A DNA stretch of 39,780 bases, from positions 1-39,780 of the forward strand of contig JASFUE010000001.1 of assembly GCA_050050435.1 (NCBI GenBank), given 5' to 3'. Of the stretch, positions 21,703 through 30,885 are shown one piece after another. How positions within the stretch are numbered: position 1 is the stretch's first letter; each line of letters starts with the position of its first letter. Below the pieces are notes generated by a model. It was not told the DNA's origin, searched no databases, and worked only from the letters and a program-made list of their open reading frames with translations. A program made the translations under genes and the position numbers. The DNA is from Burkholderiales bacterium. GTDB taxonomy: Bacteria; Pseudomonadota; Gammaproteobacteria; Burkholderiales; Eutrophovitaceae.

Positions 21703-23142
21703 GTGAACATTCCTCCCTCAGACGACAAACCGGCACTGCTCATCGTCGATGATGATCCATTGATCACCGACACACTCGATTTCGTCCTGGGCAAGGACTA
21801 CAACGTCCACGTTGCCGAATCGCGCTCCCAGGTCAAGAGCCTCTTGCGCCAGCTCGACACCCCCCCGGAACTGGCACTGATCGACCTCGGGCTGCCGCCA
21901 GCGCCACATCGTCCTGATGAGGGCTTTCACCTGATCAGCGAATTACTTGCCGCCTCGCCTTCGATGAAGATCATTGTGCTGTCCGGGCAGACCGATGAGT
22001 CGAATGCGCGTTACGCACGCACGCTCGGCGCCATGGAATTTGTCGCCAAACCAGCCGAAACCGACCACCTCAAATCGCTACTGGCGAGTGCCCGCGAGGT
22101 TACGGTGGTCGAGCAAAAAGAGAGTGCGCCGAAGAGCGGGCTCATCGGTAACGGGCCGGCCATCAGCAAACTGCACCAACAGATCGAACAATACAGCGCA
22201 TCCAACTTTCCAGTCCTTGTGGAAGGCGCCTCGGGCAGCGGCAAGGAACTGGTTGCAAATTCACTGCACCGCCAGAGCCCTCGCAAAGACAAGCCGTTCC
22301 TGGCGCTGAACTGTGCCGCAATTTCGCCGACGCTGGTTGAGCCAACGCTGTTTGGCTATAGCAAGGGGGCGTTTACCGGTGCAACAGCGGCACGGTCGGG
22401 TTACTTCGAAGACGCCCGTGATGGCACGCTGTTTCTCGACGAAATTGGCGAACTTCCCCTGGAGCTGCAAGCCAAGCTGTTGCGCGTTCTTGAAAATGGG
22501 GAGTTTCAAAGGGTCGGCGAAACGCAAAGCCGCGTAAGCAATGCGCGGGTAATCGCGGCAACCAACCGTGACCTGCGTAGCGAGGTGAGGGAAGGCCGTT
22601 TCCGCGCCGACCTGTATCACCGGCTGTCGGTGTTTACCGTGCAGGTGCCGCCATTGCGGGATCTGGGTGAAGACAAGTTGCTCTTGCTCAAGCACTTCTC
22701 CAGGTTCTACGCACAGGAAAGCGGCGCCGAGCCGTTCACTCTCGACGAAGGGGCGACGCGACTGTGGCTTGACTACAGCTTTCCCGGCAATGTACGTGAA
22801 CTGCGCAATATCGTGATCCGGCTCTGCACCAAGTATCCGGGCAAGACCGTAGTAATGGACCAACTGGTTAACGAACTGGACTGGGAAGACACTGACGCGG
22901 TCACACCGTCGCAGCAAGCCGGCAGCGGGGCGTCCACCGAAGCCGCGCGCGAGCGCTTGCAAGCGGACAAGAATTTTCAGCTCGATCAGTTGCTCAAGGA
23001 ACTCGAGCGCAGTTACGTTGAGGCCGCACTGGAACTGACCCACGGAAACCTGAGCAAGGCGGCCAGGATGCTGGGCATACACCGAACCACGCTGTATAGC
23101 CGGATGCAAAGTTACGAGCAGGCGCCGCGGGAAGAATCCTAG
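21703..23142 (+). CDS. Sigma-54-dependent response regulator (NtrC class, PrsR-like receiver)
   Basis: 479 aa with a GTG start. The receiver carries acidic LLIVDDD and phospho-Asp in ALIDLGLPPAPHRPDEGF. The AAA+ domain has Walker A GASGSGKE and the sigma-54 contact loop GAFTGA (22366-22383). The C-terminal Fis-type HTH is LSKAARMLGIHRTTLYSRM. Confidence 0.92.
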   Translation: MNIPPSDDKPALLIVDDDPLITDTLDFVLGKDYNVHVAESRSQVKSLLRQLDTPPELALIDLGLPPAPHRPDEGFHLISELLAASPSMKIIVLSGQTDESNARYARTLGAMEFVAKPAETDHLKSLLASAREVTVVEQKESAPKSGLIGNGPAISKLHQQIEQYSASNFPVLVEGASGSGKELVANSLHRQSPRKDKPFLALNCAAISPTLVEPTLFGYSKGAFTGATAARSGYFEDARDGTLFLDEIGELPLELQAKLLRVLENGEFQRVGETQSRVSNARVIAATNRDLRSEVREGRFRADLYHRLSVFTVQVPPLRDLGEDKLLLLKHFSRFYAQESGAEPFTLDEGATRLWLDYSFPGNVRELRNIVIRLCTKYPGKTVVMDQLVNELDWEDTDAVTPSQQAGSGASTEAARERLQADKNFQLDQLLKELERSYVEAALELTHGNLSKAARMLGIHRTTLYSRMQSYEQAPREES

Positions 23143-23143
23143 G

Positions 23144-24649
23144 ATGTACTACAGCTTTTTCGGGCTGTCGCAACCGCCTTTCAAGATCACGCCCGATACC
23201 GAAATGTTCTATGACGGAGGCAACCGGGGCGCAATCCTCGAGGCTTTGATGTACGCCATCACCCATGGTGAAGGCATCATCAAGGTAACCGGCGAAGTTG
23301 GCAGCGGCAAGACCATGCTCTGCCGGATGCTGCAAACGCGGCTTCCCGAAAACGTCGAGACGATTTATCTTGCCAACCCAAGTGTTTCCCGTGACGAAAT
23401 CCTGCAGGCCATCGCGTTCGAGCTGCAGCTGCATGTGCCGAAAGACGAAAACCGCATCGAGGTGATGCGCCGGATCAACGACTATCTTCTGGAACGCCAC
23501 GCCGATGGCAAGCATGTGGTGCTTTTCGTGGAAGAGTCGCAAAGCATGCCGCTTGAGACGCTTGAAGAAATACGGCTGCTGTCCAATCTCGAAACGGGTC
23601 ATCACAAGCTGTTGCAAATCATTCTGTTCGGCCAACCGGAGCTCGACGACAATCTGCGCTTGTCCGCGATCCGCCAGTTGCGCGAACGCATTACCCACAG
23701 CTTCTCCTTGACCCCGCTCAGCGCCGACGACACTCGTCGGTATCTAACTTTTCGCCTCCGAACCGCCGGCTACCGCGGGCCGGATTTGTTCAACCAGCGC
23801 GTGGCCGAATACATCACCCGCGTCAGCGAGGGGCTGACGAGACGAATCAACATTGTCGCCGACAAGGCGCTCCTCGCCGCGTTTGCCGACGGCACGCACA
23901 ACGTCTCGCTCAAGCACGCCAGGGCCGCCGTACGCGACACGGAATTCGCCGGCACCACAGCCGGCAAGACCACGATGTCTGCATCCTCACTCGGATATAT
24001 CGTGGTCGGTTTATTTGTCGGTGGCGCCCTGGGTGTAACCGCATTGATTGCCTACCAGCATATGAATCAGGAAACGGTCGAGCGCCCGAAAACTGCTGCA
24101 GAGCAGAATTCCAGCACCAACGCATCGGCCCAGCCCGCTGACCAGGCAAAGGACCAGGATCAGCCCACGTACGGGCAAAGCAGCGCGACACCAGCCGCCA
24201 GCGTGCAAGCGTCGCCACCGCGGCAGGTTGCAGAGACACAACCCTCCGCTACCGCGGCAATGACGCCCGCGAATCCCGGCACGGGCCAGGCAGCGCGTGA
24301 TGCGCAGCAATCTCTCGATTTATTGGAACGGAGATTGCGTGAAACAGAACGATGGCTTGCCCAAACCGACAACTATCGTTTCACGATTCAGTTACTCGGC
24401 ACAAACAATGCCGAGTATCTGCGAGACGACCTGGAGACGATCGGCAATATTGTTGAGATCGACAGGGTTTTTGTGTACCGTACCTTGGCCAATGGAGAGC
24501 CTTCATACACCGTATTGTTGGGGACATACGATACGCGCTCGGAGGCACTCCGGGAACTGGACGGCTTGCCCGACTCATTAAGGGCAAACGGCCCGTATTT
24601 TCGAACAATAAGGGGCGTGAAAAACGAGATTGCCCGCAACGGCATCTGA
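23144..24649 (+). CDS. ExeA/GspA/MshM-like AAA ATPase with a TM segment and a SPOR-like C-terminal domain
   Basis: 501 aa. It has the N-terminus FFGL...PF, Walker A GEVGSGKT and Walker B VLFVEESQ, then the TM segment LGYIVVGLFVGGALGVTALIAY and a Pro/Ala/Gln-rich linker. The C-terminus (YRFTIQLLGT...YTVLLGTYDTRSEALREL) resembles a SPOR domain. Confidence 0.88.
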   Translation: MYYSFFGLSQPPFKITPDTEMFYDGGNRGAILEALMYAITHGEGIIKVTGEVGSGKTMLCRMLQTRLPENVETIYLANPSVSRDEILQAIAFELQLHVPKDENRIEVMRRINDYLLERHADGKHVVLFVEESQSMPLETLEEIRLLSNLETGHHKLLQIILFGQPELDDNLRLSAIRQLRERITHSFSLTPLSADDTRRYLTFRLRTAGYRGPDLFNQRVAEYITRVSEGLTRRINIVADKALLAAFADGTHNVSLKHARAAVRDTEFAGTTAGKTTMSASSLGYIVVGLFVGGALGVTALIAYQHMNQETVERPKTAAEQNSSTNASAQPADQAKDQDQPTYGQSSATPAASVQASPPRQVAETQPSATAAMTPANPGTGQAARDAQQSLDLLERRLRETERWLAQTDNYRFTIQLLGTNNAEYLRDDLETIGNIVEIDRVFVYRTLANGEPSYTVLLGTYDTRSEALRELDGLPDSLRANGPYFRTIRGVKNEIARNGI

Positions 24650-24739
24650 CCCTGACTCCCTCATTGGCAACGTGAATCAGCTAATTGGCCCATGATGATG
24701 CGGTGGACCTCGGAAACCAGAGAGGGAGGAAATAATCCA

Positions 24740-26545
24740 ATGGCGGTATCGGCGGCCAGAAGCCCGGCGTTTAAGCCAGTTTCGGGGGTTCACCGTTACG
24801 CAATTGCAGTCGGTGTGGCCGCAATCCTCGGGCTGTCCCTGCCCGCATGCTCGTCATACAAGCCCTCAGTGCCCCCATCGGAGGGACATCTGAGCCGCGA
24901 CACCGTACCCACGACGCCGCCCGACGAGAACATCCTTCCGCCAGTCACGGTCAGCGACTTTGTCCCGATGCCCAAGCCGCAGGCAAAGCTGCCCACTTAC
25001 AGCGTCGTCGTGACCGAGGTACCGGTGAAAGAACTGCTGTTTGCGCTGGCGCGTGACACCAAGCAAAACATCGACGTACATCCGGAGGTGAAGGGCGTTG
25101 TCAGCATCAATGCCGTGGACGAAACGTTTCCGGCAATACTCGAGCGCATTGCCAATCAGGCAAACATCCGCTACAGGACCGAAGGCAAGACCATTATCGT
25201 TGTTCCCGACACACCATATTTCAAGACCTATCGAGTCAATTACGTCAACGTCAAGCGCGATACCAAGGCCACCATTGGTGTCAGCGGCGACGTCACATCT
25301 GCCACGGTGGGCGAAAGCCAGTCAAACTCCCAGAATTCATCGCAACAGAATTCAAGCACCACCATCAACTCCCAATCGGATGTGGATTTCTGGGCAGTAC
25401 TTCGCGCAAATATCGAAAGCATCATTTCCGCCTCCAATGCGCTGAGCGAAACCGCCGATGAGAAAGCATCGCGGGCGGAAGCCAGACAACGCGCCAAGCA
25501 GGAGCGCATCGCCCAGGCTCAAGCCGTCGCCGCGGCAGGCGGCGATGCCGCGGGCTTGTTCGATACCGCGTTTGGCAGCGAACCAACCGCAGATATCGAA
25601 AGCAAGGACCAGATCATTATCAACGCGGTCGCCGGAACGGTTACGGTACTCGGTTCCGAAAAGCAACAAAAACTGGTGCAAGCCTATCTTGACGGGATTA
25701 CGTCATCGACTCAGCGCCAGGTGCTGATCGAAGCGACCATCGCAGAAGTAGAACTGTCAAACGGTTATCAAGCCGGCGTTGACTGGAGCCGCATCGCGCT
25801 CAATACCGGCTGGTCGTTCCAGCAGCAACTCACCGGAGGAAACCTGGGCTCGGCGCCGAGGATGGTGATCGGGTACTCCAATCCGGACTCCAATGGTGCA
25901 AGCATCGCTGCCTCCATAAAAATGCTTGAGCAATTCGGCAATACCCGGGTGTTATCCAGTCCCAAACTGATGGCTCTGAATAACCAGCCGGCTTTGCTGA
26001 AAGTGGTCGATAACGTGGTCTATTTCGAAGTTCAGACACAAGTCCAGACGACGACAAATGCCCCGTCGGTCACAACATTCGATACCACCGCACGCTCCGT
26101 TCCCGTTGGTCTGGTCATGTCGGTGCTACCGCAGGTATCGGACAATGGCCTGGTCAGTCTCACGGTGCGCCCGACCATCTCGAGAGTTCTCCGGTTCGTG
26201 AACGATCCCAACCCGGCGCTCGCCGAGGCCAATGTCACCAATCCGGTACCGGAAATCCAGGTGCGCGAAATGGAATCGATGCTCCAGGTCGGTAGCGGAC
26301 AGACCGTCGTGCTCGGTGGACTGATGGAGGATAACGTGCGTCGCGATCGCGACCAGGTTCCGTACGCCGGTTCGATACCGGCGGTTGGCGACGTATTCGC
26401 CTATCGCGACGAGCAAGTCAAGAAGTCGGAGCTGATCGTCTTCCTCAAGCCGACGGTCATATCGAACCCGAGCATCGACAGCGACGAGCTCAAGTTTTTC
26501 CAGCGCTTCCTGCCTTCGATCGATCCGACAGGCAAAAAGCCATGA
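24740..26545 (+). CDS. Secretin, MshL-type, probable lipoprotein
   Basis: The ATG at 24740 is preceded by GAGGGAGGA. The signal peptide ends in the lipobox-like LSLPAC (Cys codon at 24848-24850). The C-terminal secretin domain includes GNTRVLSSPKLMALNNQPA...GGLM........VP.....P..G..F and ends LIVFLKPTVI. Confidence 0.9.
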   Translation: MAVSAARSPAFKPVSGVHRYAIAVGVAAILGLSLPACSSYKPSVPPSEGHLSRDTVPTTPPDENILPPVTVSDFVPMPKPQAKLPTYSVVVTEVPVKELLFALARDTKQNIDVHPEVKGVVSINAVDETFPAILERIANQANIRYRTEGKTIIVVPDTPYFKTYRVNYVNVKRDTKATIGVSGDVTSATVGESQSNSQNSSQQNSSTTINSQSDVDFWAVLRANIESIISASNALSETADEKASRAEARQRAKQERIAQAQAVAAAGGDAAGLFDTAFGSEPTADIESKDQIIINAVAGTVTVLGSEKQQKLVQAYLDGITSSTQRQVLIEATIAEVELSNGYQAGVDWSRIALNTGWSFQQQLTGGNLGSAPRMVIGYSNPDSNGASIAASIKMLEQFGNTRVLSSPKLMALNNQPALLKVVDNVVYFEVQTQVQTTTNAPSVTTFDTTARSVPVGLVMSVLPQVSDNGLVSLTVRPTISRVLRFVNDPNPALAEANVTNPVPEIQVREMESMLQVGSGQTVVLGGLMEDNVRRDRDQVPYAGSIPAVGDVFAYRDEQVKKSELIVFLKPTVISNPSIDSDELKFFQRFLPSIDPTGKKP

Positions 26546-27924
26546 GCCTGCTTCTCCAGGCTCTTCAGAAAGCCGCCCGGAATCGCGATGACAACACGGA
26601 CAATTCATCTGTGAGCAACGACGAGCGCGATGATCTTAGCCTGGAACCGTTGGCTGAACCGCAATTGGCCGAGCAAACGCGTTCAGGAAACGAGGATAAC
26701 GGTGCACCCGTTTCCTCGCCCGACGATGCCGCTGACGTGATGCGCGCCAGCGAACCGCAGCGCTACACAGCGATTGACTGGGCACGCGATCATTACATGC
26801 TCACGTTTTTGTCAGGCGCGGCCCTGTTTGCCATCCTTTACGGTCTTTACGTCTACATACAGATTTCCAGTCCCGGTATGTTCCGCTCCACGCCGGCGCC
26901 GGCCAGCGCGCCAGTAATGGCCACAGCCATGCCAGCACCAACACAAAAAACCGACACCGAGCTGCCGCGCATTTCCGGCTTACCGGATGCGACTGCCACG
27001 GCCCCGTCCGACGACATGCAACAGGGCCAGGTCGTTCCAGATAACAGTGAAGTTGCCTCGCCGGTGAAGGAGGCGGCAACGCCAACGGCCAGGCCTGCGC
27101 GCACCAGCCCGACACCTGTCGCTGCAAGCCCAAAACCATCGTCGCCTGTCAAACGCACAACTGCAACCGCAGCACAACGGGCACCATCGAAGCCGGCTTC
27201 TGCACGTGGTATCAGCACCAAAATTGACAAAGACGGTGTGGAAGTCGTCGAAATCCCGCTTGGCCCGAGGGTCGCTGCGATTTCGGAAGGCACACAACCA
27301 CCCGCGAACGAGGGCATCGCAGTACGGGCAGAAGATCCGGTTTATTCGCGCATCGATCCGGTGCTGATGATGGCCTATGAAGCCTTGCAACGCGGCGATT
27401 ATGAGAAAGCCACGGTACTGTACAGTGAAGTGCTGTCGCGCATGCCGGAGAGCACCGATGCAATGCTCGGTCTTGGCGCAATCGCCTGGAAACAGGGTCG
27501 CCCCGGTGTCGCAAGCCAGTACTACGGCCGTGTTCTGGAAGTTGAACCACGTAACACCCACGCGCAGGCTGGCTTGATCGCAATTCTCGGCAACGCCGAT
27601 CCTGTCGCCGCGGAAACCCGCCTCAAGCAACTGATCGATCGCGAGCCATCCGGATTTCTCTATTTCACACTGGGTAACCTGTACGCTCAGCGCAATTTGT
27701 GGGCGCAAGCGCAGCAAGCTTATTTCCGGGCGTTTCAGTTGCAACCCGGCAATTCAGATTACGCCTTCAACCTCGCCGTTGGCCTTGAACATTTGGGCAA
27801 AGAGCGTCCCGCGCTCGACTACTACCGAAAGGCGCTCGACCTGTCTTTCAAGAACGGCCGTGCAAACTTCGATCAAGAGCTCGCGATCGAACGTGTCGGG
27901 CAGCTCTCGGCGCGCGTTGAGTAG
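26542..27924 (+). CDS. Bitopic membrane protein with a GspB-like N-terminus and C-terminal TPR repeats (MshN-like)
   Basis: 460 aa. The N-terminus is MSLLLQALQKAARNRD, followed by the TM segment FLSGAALFAILYGLYVYI and a long Pro/Ala/Thr/Ser linker. TPR-like repeats follow (YEKATVLYSEVL...GRPGVASQYYGRVLEVEPRN...). It overlaps the secretin stop by 4 bp (ATGA). Confidence 0.8.
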   Translation: MSLLLQALQKAARNRDDNTDNSSVSNDERDDLSLEPLAEPQLAEQTRSGNEDNGAPVSSPDDAADVMRASEPQRYTAIDWARDHYMLTFLSGAALFAILYGLYVYIQISSPGMFRSTPAPASAPVMATAMPAPTQKTDTELPRISGLPDATATAPSDDMQQGQVVPDNSEVASPVKEAATPTARPARTSPTPVAASPKPSSPVKRTTATAAQRAPSKPASARGISTKIDKDGVEVVEIPLGPRVAAISEGTQPPANEGIAVRAEDPVYSRIDPVLMMAYEALQRGDYEKATVLYSEVLSRMPESTDAMLGLGAIAWKQGRPGVASQYYGRVLEVEPRNTHAQAGLIAILGNADPVAAETRLKQLIDREPSGFLYFTLGNLYAQRNLWAQAQQAYFRAFQLQPGNSDYAFNLAVGLEHLGKERPALDYYRKALDLSFKNGRANFDQELAIERVGQLSARVE

Positions 27925-27940
27925 ATCGTAAACACAAACG

Positions 27941-29650
27941 ATGGCCGAGCAACGAAAGAAGCTCCGCCTGGGTGAGTTACTCGTCCAGCAAGGGCTGATA
28001 ACCCAGGATCAGCTGCGCATCGCGCTCACTGAGCAAAGCACGCACAAGAACGTACCGATCGGCCGGCTGCTGGTTCGGCTTGGTTTCGTCACTGAATCGG
28101 TCATTCGCGACATCATGGCGCGAACGATCGGCCAGGAGAGCATTGATCTGAATCAGGTCCTGGTCGATGCGGAAGCATTACGCCTGGTGCCTCAGGAATT
28201 CGCCCGGCGGCAGCGGTTACTGCCGATTGCCTACAACGCCGAGCAAGGCGAGCTGACCGTTGCCATCACGGAAGTCTTCAATCTGGCAGCGCTCGATCAA
28301 TTACGGGCCATGGTCGGCAGCCAGGTCCATATCAAGACGGTGCTTGCCGGCCAGGCGCAGCTGGACGATTTCATAGACCAGTTCTACGGATTCGAGCTCT
28401 CCGTTGACGGCATTCTTCAGGAGATTGAAACCGGCGAGGTTGACTACCAGAGCCTGCAACAGGACGGCGGCGACGAATACACACAGCCGATCGTACGTCT
28501 GGTTGGCGCCCTTCTGGTAGATGCCGTCAAACGCGGCGCCTCTGACGTGCACTTCGAACCGGAGTACGCCTTTTTGCGAATTCGGTACCGAATCGATGGT
28601 GTACTCGAACAAGTCCGCAGTCTGCACAAGAATTACTGGGCCGGCATTGCTGTTCGCCTCAAGGTGATCAGCGGAATGAACATCGCCGAAGCGCGGGCAC
28701 CGCAGGATGGACGCATATCGCTCAACCTGAATGGCCGTCCGGTCGACTTCCGGGTATCAACCCAACCCACTATCTGGGGAGAAAACATCGTCTTGCGCGT
28801 GCTCGACCGCGAGAAGTCGATCATGACCCTGGAGCACATGAACTTGCAGCAGGACGTCATGGCCAAGCTCAACCTGATGCTGGCCAGGCCGGAAGGCATA
28901 CTGATCATTACCGGCCCCACCGGCAGTGGTAAGACGACCACGCTGTATTCGATGCTGGCAAAGCTCAATGTCGAATCCGTAAACATCATGACGCTCGAGG
29001 ACCCGGTGGAATACCCGGTTGCCCTGATGCGCCAGACTTCGGTCAATGAGGCCGCTCGCGTTGATTTTTCCAGCGGAATTCGATCGATCATGCGCCAGGA
29101 TCCGGACATCATTCTGGTAGGCGAGGTACGTGATCAGGATACGGCCGAGATGGCGTTTCGCGCGGCAATGACAGGACACCAGGTTTTCACAACCTTGCAC
29201 ACCAATTCGGCGCTGGGAACATTCCCGCGACTTCTCGATATCGGAATTGCGCCAGACATCATGGCCGGCAATATCATCGGCATCATGGCGCAGCGTCTGG
29301 TTCGCACTTTGTGCACCGAGTGCAAGGAAGCCTATGAACCCAATGCCGAGGAGCGAGTATTGCTCGGCAACAACGACGATCCACAACTGCGGCTCTACCG
29401 CCCGGTGGGCTGCGAAAAATGCAACAACCGTGGCTACAAGGGGCGTGTCGCGGTAATGGAAATCCTGCCAATGGACTCGGACCTGGACGAGCTGGTTGCG
29501 CGGCGCGCCTCGCCGCGCGAGCTGCGTGCAGCAGCAAACGCGAAAGGCTTCCGGCCATTGGCCGATGAAGGGCTGCAGCATGTCCTTGAGGGCGTGACCA
29601 GCCTCGCGGAAGTAGCCCGTGCCATTGACCTGACTGCACGGGCCCGATGA
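27941..29650 (+). CDS. GspE/PilB-family assembly ATPase of MshE type with an N-terminal MshEN domain
   Basis: 569 aa. It has Walker A GPTGSGKTTT, Asp box, Walker B ILVGEVRD, His box and a tetracysteine (CTEC...CEKC). The N-terminal RLGELLVQQGLITQDQLRIALTEQ matches the MshEN c-di-GMP motif. Confidence 0.93.
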   Translation: MAEQRKKLRLGELLVQQGLITQDQLRIALTEQSTHKNVPIGRLLVRLGFVTESVIRDIMARTIGQESIDLNQVLVDAEALRLVPQEFARRQRLLPIAYNAEQGELTVAITEVFNLAALDQLRAMVGSQVHIKTVLAGQAQLDDFIDQFYGFELSVDGILQEIETGEVDYQSLQQDGGDEYTQPIVRLVGALLVDAVKRGASDVHFEPEYAFLRIRYRIDGVLEQVRSLHKNYWAGIAVRLKVISGMNIAEARAPQDGRISLNLNGRPVDFRVSTQPTIWGENIVLRVLDREKSIMTLEHMNLQQDVMAKLNLMLARPEGILIITGPTGSGKTTTLYSMLAKLNVESVNIMTLEDPVEYPVALMRQTSVNEAARVDFSSGIRSIMRQDPDIILVGEVRDQDTAEMAFRAAMTGHQVFTTLHTNSALGTFPRLLDIGIAPDIMAGNIIGIMAQRLVRTLCTECKEAYEPNAEERVLLGNNDDPQLRLYRPVGCEKCNNRGYKGRVAVMEILPMDSDLDELVARRASPRELRAAANAKGFRPLADEGLQHVLEGVTSLAEVARAIDLTARAR

Positions 29651-29671
29651 CGCGGCCCGGAAATCATACGC

Positions 29672-30877
29672 ATGCCATCGTTTCTGTACAAAGCCATCGA
29701 CCGTGACGGGCGCAAAGCCAGAGGTCGCCTCGACGCATTAAACGAGAGCGATCTCGAGCTGCGTCTGCGCAAGATGGGGCTCGACCTGGTCACCGCCCGC
29801 GCCCTGGCACGCAATGCCCCGGCAATGGGCACCAGCAGTATCTCCCGTCAGGACCTCATCACGTTTTGCTTCGACATGGAACAGATTACGCGCGCCGGCA
29901 TCCCTCTGGTTGAAGGATTGCGCGACCTGCGTGACGGCCTGGAAAACCCGCGATTCAGGGAAGTTCTCACATCCGCTCTCGAGGATATCGAGGGCGGCAA
30001 GACACTGTCCCAATCCCTGGCGGCATTCCCCAAGGTCTTCAACAAGGTATTTGTCAGCCTGATTCGCGCGGGGGAACTCTCCGGCCAACTCACCGAGGTA
30101 TTCGAGAATCTGGGATCGACATTGCGCTGGCAGGACGAACTCGTCGCGCAAACACGCAAACTGCTGATCTATCCCGCTCTGGTGTTCGTCGTCGTCAGCG
30201 GCGTCGTCATCTTCTTGTTACTGTACCTGGTGCCCCAGGTTGTCGGCCTGTTGAAAACCATGGGGCTCGAGCTGCCCTTGCAAACGCGCATCCTGATCGC
30301 GCTATCTGATTTCACCATTGCGTATTGGTATTTACTGCTGATCATACCGATCGTCGCGGCGATTGGCATCACCATTGCGCTGCGCTCCAGCGCGCGCGCG
30401 CGATATGCGTTCGATTACTTTCTGCTGCGCCTGCCTGTCGTTGGCCAGATTCTGCAGAAAATATTGCTGGCCCGATTCGCCAATTTCTTTGCGTTGATGT
30501 ACCGCTCCGGCATCACCGTGCTCGATGCCATTCGCACCAGTGAGGATATTGTCGCGAACGGCTACGTCGCCGACGGACTGCGTCGCGCCGGACAGCAGAT
30601 CAATTCAGGGGAGAACCTGTCGGAAGCTTTTCAGAATCTGGGTATGTTCCCGCCGCTCGTCGTGCGGATGTTGCGTGTGGGAGAAAATACCGGGGCACTG
30701 GATACGGCGCTGTTAAATATCACGTATTTTTATAATCGCGATGTCAAGGAATCCGTGGACAAAGCGCTGAAGCTGCTGGAACCGACGCTGACGCTGTTTC
30801 TGGGCATCATCCTTGCGTTGATTCTTTTTTCGGTGCTCACACCCATTTACGATATTCTCGGACAACTGGACATCTAA
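29672..30877 (+). CDS. GspF/PilC-family inner-membrane platform protein
   Basis: 401 aa. It has two GspF repeats (LS.SL..FP..F......I..GE.SG.L and ...GE..G.LD..L) and three TM segments. Confidence 0.92.
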   Translation: MPSFLYKAIDRDGRKARGRLDALNESDLELRLRKMGLDLVTARALARNAPAMGTSSISRQDLITFCFDMEQITRAGIPLVEGLRDLRDGLENPRFREVLTSALEDIEGGKTLSQSLAAFPKVFNKVFVSLIRAGELSGQLTEVFENLGSTLRWQDELVAQTRKLLIYPALVFVVVSGVVIFLLLYLVPQVVGLLKTMGLELPLQTRILIALSDFTIAYWYLLLIIPIVAAIGITIALRSSARARYAFDYFLLRLPVVGQILQKILLARFANFFALMYRSGITVLDAIRTSEDIVANGYVADGLRRAGQQINSGENLSEAFQNLGMFPPLVVRMLRVGENTGALDTALLNITYFYNRDVKESVDKALKLLEPTLTLFLGIILALILFSVLTPIYDILGQLDI

Positions 30878-30885
30878 ACACCGAC

